A stretch of 64,000 nt of DNA from Chrysomallon squamiferum (Eukaryota > Animalia > Mollusca): the NCBI GenBank assembly GCA_012295275.1, contig CM022678.1:12648001-12712000 (forward strand), read 5' to 3'. The notes beneath the pieces are model-generated. The model did not search any database. It was not told where the DNA came from and was given only the letters and a program-made list of their open reading frames with translations. Every line of letters starts with the position of its first letter. The stretch's first letter is position 1. Both the position numbers and the translations under genes were made by a program. This document shows, piece by piece, positions 54,712 through 64,000 of the stretch.

Positions 54712-55610
54712 CAAAATACCTAGATATCAATAATTAAAAAATAACTAGATAGCAAGAAAATCAAAATACCTACATTGCAAGAAAAAAAAATCCTAGATAG
54801 CAAGAAAATCAAAACACTTAGATAGCAAGGAAATCAAAATGCCTAGATAGCAAGAAAATCAAAATGCCTAGACAGCAAGAAAACCAAAATGCCTAGATTG
54901 CAAGAAAATAAAAATGCCTAGATTGCAAGAAAATCAAAATGCCTAGATAGCAAGAAAATCAAAATGCCTAGATTGCAAGAAAATCAAACTTCCTAGCTAG
55001 CAAGAAAATCAAAATGCCCAGCTAGCAAGAAAATCAAAATGCCTAGATAGCAAGAAAATCAAAACACTTAGATAGCAAGAAAATCAAAATGCCTAGATTG
55101 CAAGAAAATCAAAATGCCTAGATAGCAAGAAAATCAAAATGCCTAGATTGCAAGAAAATCAAACTTCCTAGCTAGCAAGAAAATCAAAATGCCCAGCTAG
55201 CAAGAAAATCAAAATGCCTAGATTGCAAGAAAATCAAACTTCTTAGCTAGCAAGAAAATCAAAATGCCCAGCTAGCAAGAAAATCAAAATGCCTAGATTG
55301 AAAGAAAATCAAAACACTTAGATAGCAAGAAAATCAAAATGCCTAGATTGCAAGAAAATCAAAATGCCTAGATAGGAAGAAAATCAAAATGCCTAGATCG
55401 CAAGAAAATCAAACTTCCTAGCTAGCAAGAAAATCAAAATACCCAGCTAGCAAGAAAATCAAAATGCCTAGATTGCAAGAAAAATCAAAACACTTAGCAA
55501 GAAAATAGAAATTCCTTGATAGCAAGAAATTCAAACTTCCTATATAGCAAAACAAATCAAACTTCCTAGATGGGAAGAATATCAAAATATCTAGATATCA
55601 AGAAAATAAG
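54712..55610. repeat. 25-bp minisatellite (GCCTAGATAGCAAGAAAATCAAAAT), ~36 copies
   Basis: Period 25, head to tail, with degenerate edges. Confidence 0.95.
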
Positions 55611-55621
55611 AAAAGCTAGGC

Positions 55622-56395
55622 TGCAGTGTGTGTATAGTGTGTGTTTAGTGTGCAGTATTTGTGTGGAGCGTGTGGTGTGTGTAGAGTATGTATGTAGTGT
55701 GTGTAGAGTATGAGTGTAGTGTGTGTAGTGTCTATAGTGTGTATATAGTGTGTAGGGTATGTATTGTTTGCGAGTAGTGTGTATGTGAGCAGTGCGTGCG
55801 TATATGCATGTACTTTGTTTAATGTGTAGTGAGTTGTAGAGTGTAGTGTGTATTTAGTGTGTGTAGTGTGTATAGTATGTGTCTACTATGTGTGTAGTAT
55901 GAAGTGTGTGTCTAGTTTTGTGATTTCTGTGTAGTGTTTGTGTGAGTTTGTATTAGTTTTTGTACTGTTTGCGAGCAGTGTGTATGTTAGTAGTGTGTTG
56001 TATAGTGAATGTAGTCTGTGTGTAGTGTGCAGTGTGTGTGTAGTGTGTGTAGTGTGTTCAGTGTGTGTGTAGTGCGTGCAGTATGTATGTAGTTTGTGTC
56101 TAGTGTATATAGTGTGTGTAATGTGTGTAGAGTGTGTAGTGTATGTAGTGTGTGTGTAGAATTATATAGTGTGTAGTGTATGTAGTGTGTGTGTAGAATG
56201 TATATAGTGTGTGTCTAGTGTATATAGTGTGTAATGTGTGTAGCGTGTAGAGCATGTAGTGTGTAGTGTGTGTAGAGTGTGTAGTGTATGTAGTGTGTGT
56301 AATGTGTGTAGCAAGTAGAGCATGTAGTGTGTAGTGTATGTAGTGTGTGTGTAGTATGTATACAGTGTGTGTCTATGTGCAATATGTGTGCAGTG
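55622..56395. repeat. Degenerate (GT)n/GTA simple repeat
   Basis: Direct inspection. Confidence 0.9.
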
Positions 56396-56886
56396 TTGGC
56401 CGAGCAAAATATCTGCATTTCTGGTTTCTCACATTATTGAAATCGACAGGTAATTTCTAATGCAAATTCTCTTTCATTATTCAAATATTCCATTTAGAAA
56501 GGAAGATTTGACATTTTCAGACAAAACTATGCAGGAAAATTTCATTAGGTAGAAGAGATGATAATATTAATGTAAATATCGATTCAGTCAGTATAATACT
56601 GCCACAAATATTGATTTAACCAGAACAATACTACAGTAAATAAAATGGTAAAAACAAAGAAAGGACTTTTAAAATTTAAAACCAAAAATGTCTTAAAGTT
56701 GAAACAGAAGGCAAAAGATACTGGAGAAAAACAGTAAAAGTGGCTTTTATAGTCAACATCTGTTTGTAGATAAAGCACATTAACAGAGGTAAATGTTTAG
56801 ATTTTTTTCATTACTTACATTAATAAACATACCTAACATGAGGAGAGTAAAAACAGCATTGCAAAATCGTTTACAAATCTTAAAGC

Positions 56887-56925
<39 letters not shown>

Positions 56926-57046
56926 CATTACATTTTTGTTGTTGTTGTTTTCTTTTTGTTTTGTTTTGCTCACAATTAAAAGATATTATATTTTTACACA
57001 CACATAAGCGATTATATTCAGCTATGAAAGAGTCCAGACTTTGTGC

Positions 57047-57083
<37 letters not shown>

Positions 57084-58188
57084 CTTACAGACAAAAGTGT
57101 TGCTAGTGTTTTTATACAAACTAAAGATATACAGTCAACTCTCTTGATAACAACCAACCTCGCCAATGAACTGTCAACCCCAAACACTTCTCTTATTTGT
57201 ATTCAGTTTTATTGACTTGTTTTATTTCTAGAGATCAAAAGACATGTGTTAAAAACAGTATTTCAAACATTAAAAATACGCTCGAATAATTTATTACTGT
57301 CTATGATAAAACTATGCCTCTGTTTTGTGAGTACATTTCCACAAATTACTAGCAAGGAAGAGTCCATTGCAGTTACCAGACACAAAAGTATGTAACACTA
57401 TGTCATTAGTGAATGTCAGTGAATGTCAGAAGAACAGATGCAATGCATTATTACATGTTTTTTCTTGAACAATACAGGAAATTTATTTATCGAATAAAGA
57501 AAACAAAAATCGTTATTATTTGTAAATCATATTTATTATGTTAATTGTCAGTGGCATTACAAAGCACTTCGTAATAATTATTGTTATTATAAACATTAGC
57601 AATTTAATGGACCTTTTACAATCAAGGGGTACACATCTATTTGTCACAGACCTTATAAGAAAAGAGGTCAACCAGCTTAGGGAATAAAGCAATTAATCCC
57701 TGTGCAATTGACAAGAAGTCAACAAAGTTTAAACTAAAACTATTTAAAACGGTTTAAGTATTAGTTGTACGTTAATTAATTTCCCTTGTCGCTAATCCCA
57801 ACAAAAACAATTTTAGACAATACCGCTGTGACTTGCCCCACCACTCAGACCAATCTGATTTCCAGTTTCTCAAAGTGGAAGCAAATCGTCTTGTGACATT
57901 CGTAGCGAAAAACTTGCTGGAACACTTTATCTGTCTGACATGTATGTAACAAATGAGACACAAACCCGATCTGTCCATTTTCATCCATTAATTAAAGATA
58001 CGAATAATTATAAAACAGTAATTTGAAAAATGATCTAAAGTTAGTTGATACATTAAAAAAAAGTAATGAAAACATTCTACCAAGCAAATTAAATAATAAA
58101 AAATAAATAAATGTAATTAAAAATATGTAAATTCATTCAGTATATTCTAAAGACTAAATAGATAAAAGTTAATAATAATAATAATAAT

Positions 58189-58222
<34 letters not shown>

Positions 58223-58796
58223 TAATATATTAAAGTTATAATTCCTTCTTTTCTTATTCAGTGCATGACGGTTAAGTAAATGTATCAAAACAATAAATTG
58301 TATATAACAGCCAAGTATTACAAAACATATATTTAAAAAAAAATTTATATCAGTGTATCCATAAACAAATGTACATAAACTGACATATCTGAAATGTTGT
58401 TTATGTAACAGTTACCTAATCAGCAGAGATTAGCACATTACAAAATACTTTTGTCTGTTTTTATTTTCTGTTCTCTGCAATTGAAAAACAAACAAGGGTA
58501 AATTAAAAGTAAATCACAAAAAAAAACTTGTTTCTTTCGTCAGTATTCGGTAATAATAATATTGTACACAAAGTTGGAATATAATATGAAACGTTGCACT
58601 TCAGTCTGTTAATATCACTGATACTTCTGCTAAGTATTTCTTCTACAGGCTGTTTTTAATCTGTCGCTCACCATGCCTTTTAGCAAAGGCACTTATAATT
58701 CACAACTTCAATCCATAATTTAAAACATGTCAAATTCTTACAATTAAATATAACTTTTGGATGCATAGCAGTGTTTGAAATACAATATATATATAA

Positions 58797-58830
<34 letters not shown>

Positions 58831-59114
58831 AGATATGACAGCATACAGTTTAACATACTTACACTGAGTCTCTGTTTGAATGTATTTATGTATAATGAAT
58901 ATCTGCATGTATATGCGTGGGTATGTATGTTTTCTGAGTATATGCTAAGTGTAGGTACAGGTATGTATGTTTATATGTATTGTGTCTATGTATTTATGTT
59001 CAGGTTTCTATGTTGTTCAGGTCACAGTGTAAGACAGAAAATTACTAATGACTACTATGTATTCTGTTATCTATTAAACATGTAGAGAAGAGAAAACTTT
59101 CAGATGTAACTTAC

Positions 59115-61952
59115 CGGATCCATAGGTATTTCCTACATGAATAGAACCAGAATGAGATGTGTCTGCTGACTGTTGTCCTGCAGTGAAAATGGTGCATACA
59201 TTTTTGTAATTGACAACTTCAATGCTTAATTTCTGAAAATGTTTTTACTTGCATAATTCTGAGAATTAGATATAATTGTTGGATGTAGTAGCTGTATTTG
59301 AAATACAAATAATAAAATAGTGTTTATCTATATTTAGAGATATGACAACATACACTTTAACATACAACACTGTGTCTCTGAATATAGTTGTGTGTACCGG
59401 GTAATGAATGTCTGCATGTTTGAAATGTGTGTGTATGTATGTGTTCTGTGTATGTTCTAAATGTAAGTACAGATATGTATGTTTATATGTATTGTGTCTA
59501 TGTATTTATTTGCATGTTTCTCTGTCGTTCAGGTCACACTGTCTGACAGAAAAGTACTAATGACTACTATATATTCTGTTATCTATCAAAAATGTAGAGA
59601 AGAAAAGACTTTCAGTTTTTAACTTACCTGATATAGTGATGTTTCTTATTTGAGTAGAACCAGTATGAGATATGTTTGCTCGCTGTTGTCCTGTAGTGAA
59701 ACAGAGAAAATACTCTTTTATAATTCATAACTTCAATTGATAATTTGAAATAATGTTTTACCTGCAAAATTCTGAGAATTAAATATAATTACTGGATGTA
59801 TAGTAGTGTTTGAAATACATACATACATATATCCACAAACACACCCACATCCACATAAATGTAGAGATATGACAACATACAGTTTAACATGAATATATTT
59901 GCGTGTATGTCTGTGTAATAAATGTCTGCATGTATATTCGTGTGTATGTATGTGTTCTCTGTATACACTAAGTGTAGGTACAGGTATGTATGTTTATACG
60001 TAATGTGTGTATGTATTTATGTGCAGGTTTCTATGTTGTTCAGGTCACAATGTGAGAGAAAAGTACCAATGACTACTATGTATTCTGTTATCTATTAAAC
60101 ATGTAGAGAAGAGAAAACTTTCAGATGTAACTTACCGAGTGCATAGGTATTTCCTACATAAATAGAACCAGAATGAGATGTGTCTGCTGACTGTTGTTCT
60201 GCAGTGAAAATGGTGCATACATTTTTGTAATTGACAACTTCAATGCTTAATTTCTGAAAATGTTTTTACCTGCATAATTCTGAGAATTAGATACAATTGT
60301 TGGATGTAGTAGCTGTATTTGAAATACAAATAATAAAATAGTGTTCATCTATATTTAGAGATATGACAACATACACTTTAACATACAACACTGTGTCTCT
60401 GAATATAGTTGTGTGTATCCGGGTAATGAATGTCTGCATGTTTGAAATGTGTGTGTATGTATGTGTTCTGTGTATGTTCTAAATGTAAGTACAGGTATGT
60501 ATGTTTATATGTATTGTGTCTATGTATTTATGTGCACGTTGCTATGTCGTTCACAATGACTGACAGAAAAGTACGAATGTCTACTATGTATTGTGTTAAA
60601 CCTGTAGAGAAGAGAAAACTAGCAGTTTTTAACTTACCGGGTATCTTGCAATCTGTTATTTCAGTAGAACCAGAATGAGTTATTTGACCTGGCATATGAA
60701 ACAGAGCAAATACGATTTTATGATTCACAATTTCAATGCATAATTTCTAAAAATGTTTTTACGTAAAAATACTGAGAATTAGATATAATTATTGGATGTA
60801 GTACAGTGTTTCAAACACTGAACAAATGTTTTATCTCTACGTACAGACATGGCAACATACAGTATAATACAATCTGTCTGAACAGTATTAGTGAATGCAG
60901 CAATACATATTTTAACAAATGTTTTTAATACTGTTAACTAATTACACATAGATGTTATGACTCATGACGTCAGCATTATTTTACAACATTAAATCAAGTC
61001 ATGGCCAGTAGAACAATGAGGAAACAATAATTAGTGTGTATCGTTTTCTGTTTTCAGCTGTCACTCAGTATCCTAACTCTTCAAACTGTTTATTTATTAT
61101 CAATGATATAAATAAAAAAGTGTCAGTTTAGAAGTGGTAAAAATAGTGAACATTCTATTGATGTATACTGCACTGATAAAGATATAAACAATTTTTTCAT
61201 ACTCCCTGACGAAGAATTATCTCCCGTTCCATTATAAGCTTGCACAATACGCATGAAGATATCTGGAAAGGCTGACCTGCAAAAATGTAGTCATTATCAC
61301 AATGCCTTTATAGCATGCTTTCTGAACTGGACTACTGAATTATGTAAATCTAATAATTAGCAAAACAGTTTTATTAAGTTATATTCTTAATTTTGTGAAG
61401 TGTACTAAATATATCGAAATAGTTACTAAGTTATACTTAGTTTTGTCAACCGAAATATCAAACTATGCTATATAAACAATGAAATATACATATAATAAGA
61501 TTAATTTTACTAAATTAAGTAAAATAAACAATGTAAAAATAGTTTCAATAATTTATATTTACATATGTTTCAATACTAATACTTAATTAAGTTAAATAAA
61601 CAATGAAAATGTACAGAATAGGTTCAGTAAGATGTATTCTTAGTTTTGTGAATACTAACACTAAATTGTAATATAAACAATGGCAATGTATAGATATCAT
61701 AAGAATAATTTTAGTAAAACATATTTTTATTTTTCTCAGTACTAACACTAAATTATAAATACTACAAATGTATAGATAACTTCAGAATAGTTTCAGTAAG
61801 ATATATCCTTTTCTTCCTTCTTTTTTCAGTACTAATACTAAATTGTAATATAAAAATGGAAATATGTAGTTTTAGTAAGTTATATGCTCAGGTTGCTCAA
61901 CTAAATTAGTTACACAAAATCTATCAATGAAAACTTACAAAAATGCACCCAT
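59115..61952 (-). CDS. Copy C: N-terminal exons only (61939-61952 ATG, 61203-61276, 60638-60688, 60136-60198, 59628-59690, 59115-59177); NTPase/ankyrin exon absent; truncated gene or pseudogene
   Basis: All junctions are GT-AG and in frame: MGAFLSAFPDIFMRIVQAYNGTGDNSSSGSQITHSGSTEITDCKIPEQQSADTSHSGSIYVGNTYALGQQRANISHTGSTQIRNITISGQQSADTSHSGSIHVGNTYGS. Terminal exon not identified. Confidence 0.55.
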
Positions 61953-62944
61953 GTTATTTTTGTTTGTTTTCGAATTGTAGAATATTCGTGCTGCGGATGT
62001 ATGTATTTAACTCCACTGTATTGTACAGTTCAGTCATTCGCTGTAAATATAACATGAAGGAGAACATCAGAAGACAAAGACGGCAGATAAAATGAATGCA
62101 TATAAAAGTGATGTCCAGTAAATTTACAGGGAATCAGCTTCACCCTCAGTCATTAGTAATCTGCAACAGCCCATCACTAAAACAACACTTTAACAATTCT
62201 GTTGTGGCTGGCAGCTCACGTCTTTATAAATATCTATAAATAAAACAATATTCAACCATTACCACCTTAAATTCTTTACAACTAATTTCTTTATGTAATT
62301 AAACGATGATTTTTCTACACTAAATGTGTGTGCGTGTATGTGTTGTTTTGTCTTTTTCCCCCATTCAGTAACCTTTGACAGTTCAGTGTGTGGCATGGTC
62401 CAGCTTTGTATTAAACAAGTTGTCAGTTAATTCTCGACATGTTACATGAAGACAATGTTGTTAATTCTCACTGTTAACATCAGTGAATAAGTTTTCCGTT
62501 TAGTTTGGTCTCGTCTCATACGTAATTTTTTAATTAACGGAAAGTCTGCTCATTGGCTTTTCTTAATTTGACGGAAAATCGACAAAGTCTGAGAACGGAG
62601 CGCGGTCAAAGTCTGGCGAGAAAGAGTTCTTTCGTTATTTTGCTGGAGACTGACGTAACATTCGCTCGCTCGTCAATCAACGGTAAATAATCTGAGATCT
62701 GTGAACCTTTACTTTAAAATTATATTGACAGCATAAAATAATTCCTCAACTCTGACTTCACATAAACCAACTTGGAATTTGTTTCACATTTTTATTCTTT
62801 CAGTTTGAAACATAACTTTATTCGGGTACAGTGTATTTACCTCGTTATCTTGACAGTAAATCTACGGGGTGTGCAAGCCCTGGCCCAGGATCCATGACTT
62901 GAATCATTTCTATTTCTTTCTTTTTTTCCCCCTTTTTTTTCTCT

Positions 62945-62996
<52 letters not shown>

Positions 62997-63308
62997 GTAT
63001 CTATCTATCTATGTATCTATCTATCTATCTGTCTTTCTGTCTATCGATGTATGTATGTATTCATTCTTCAGTTAAATTAAGTTCCAGTTTCAGATAAAAT
63101 ATTTGGTAGGTATATAATTTTAGCAGTGAATAAAACAATACATTTACTTTTTGGTTCACTTTAAAGTGAACCTGTGTCAAGAAGAACAGACATTGTCTAG
63201 TCAGATTCTGTACACATCCAAGCCATTATTTCTTTGTTTACCGCAACCTGTCATTACACATAACAAGGTTTGACAATAACACTGTTATGAAACTGTAGCT
63301 CTTCGCAG

Positions 63309-63380
63309 CTGGAGTCGTGACGTCATCACATAATGGGACAGATGACTGCTTTTTGCTACTTACTGGACTCACCCCAGGCG
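63309..63380 (+). pseudogene. FN3-like exon fragment (GVVTSSHNGTDDCFLLLTGLTPG), paralog of 48292-48363
   Basis: cttcgcag acceptor, G|GTAG donor, open 72 nt. Confidence 0.4.
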
Positions 63381-64000
63381 GTAGAACTTTTAATTTGTGT
63401 AATATCGCTTCGTTGAATCATAAATATTCCGCGAAATAAAATGTCTAAGTCATTTACATTTCTGACTTGTAATATTTATATTTGCGACTTTCTTCAAAAT
63501 GACTCTTCAAACCGAAAATCAAATTTGATGTAGTTATTTTTTTGGTTTTTAGAGAATTGTTTTACAGTGGAAATCAAACATCCTTTTATACTTTTGGTGT
63601 CAGTATCTTTGTTATTATTAAAAACAACCCTGCAAAAATAACAATGAATAAATCAATACATATCTTCTGCCAAATAAACTATCTGTTAACATGTGTTTAT
63701 GTCTTTTAAAATATAATAAAGTAAAAACAAGAATATTAAATTGTAATATCGCCCTTCTGCTCAAAATCGACTGCTCTGAAATAAAAATAAACTTCTTTGT
63801 TGGATGATAAAGGGATTAATTCTACTGTGTAAAAGCGTTACTAAATAGAGAAAAAATGAGTAAATCTGAAAAGACAGGTAACCAATCCTCGAGAATGTTC
63901 CAGAGAACAAAAAATGCACTTCATATTATTTACAAGCAACGAAACAAACCAAAAAACAATTTGATAATACACAGTAATTACTCTTTCCTATATATAAAAT

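Overview
AT-rich, microsatellite-rich eukaryotic DNA with spliceosomal introns and a 200-N scaffold gap at 26392-26591. It is probably from a lophotrochozoan or mollusc (inference from gene and TE content). The main feature is a minus-strand cluster of three paralogous NLR-like nSTAND3-NTPase/ankyrin genes. Copy A (<1-12.1 kb) has intact Walker A/B and runs off the window. Copy B (38.5-50.1 kb) has Walker A/B deleted and a frameshifted ankyrin exon. Copy C (59.1-62.2 kb) has lost the NTPase/ankyrin exon entirely. Their N-termini are built from ~500-bp tandem intron+exon units. In B and C each unit contributes a frame-preserving phase-1 micro-exon encoding a ~21-aa HSGS-[IT]-[HQEY]-[VIL]-[GRT]-[ND] peptide that resembles RHIM/cRHIM amyloid signalling motifs. 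The paralogs also have different predicted targeting signals (NLS in A, MGxxxS myristoylation motif in C). The window also contains the 3' half of a TMEM241/SLC35D4 gene cut off at the gap, a 3-exon small secreted-protein gene, an orphan CAP exon and several decayed gene fragments. Mobile elements include Tigger, Tc1, Sola2, DIRS-like and solo-LTR remnants, and there are several minisatellites. All exon models were read by eye from GT-AG signals and are unverified by transcripts or database searches.
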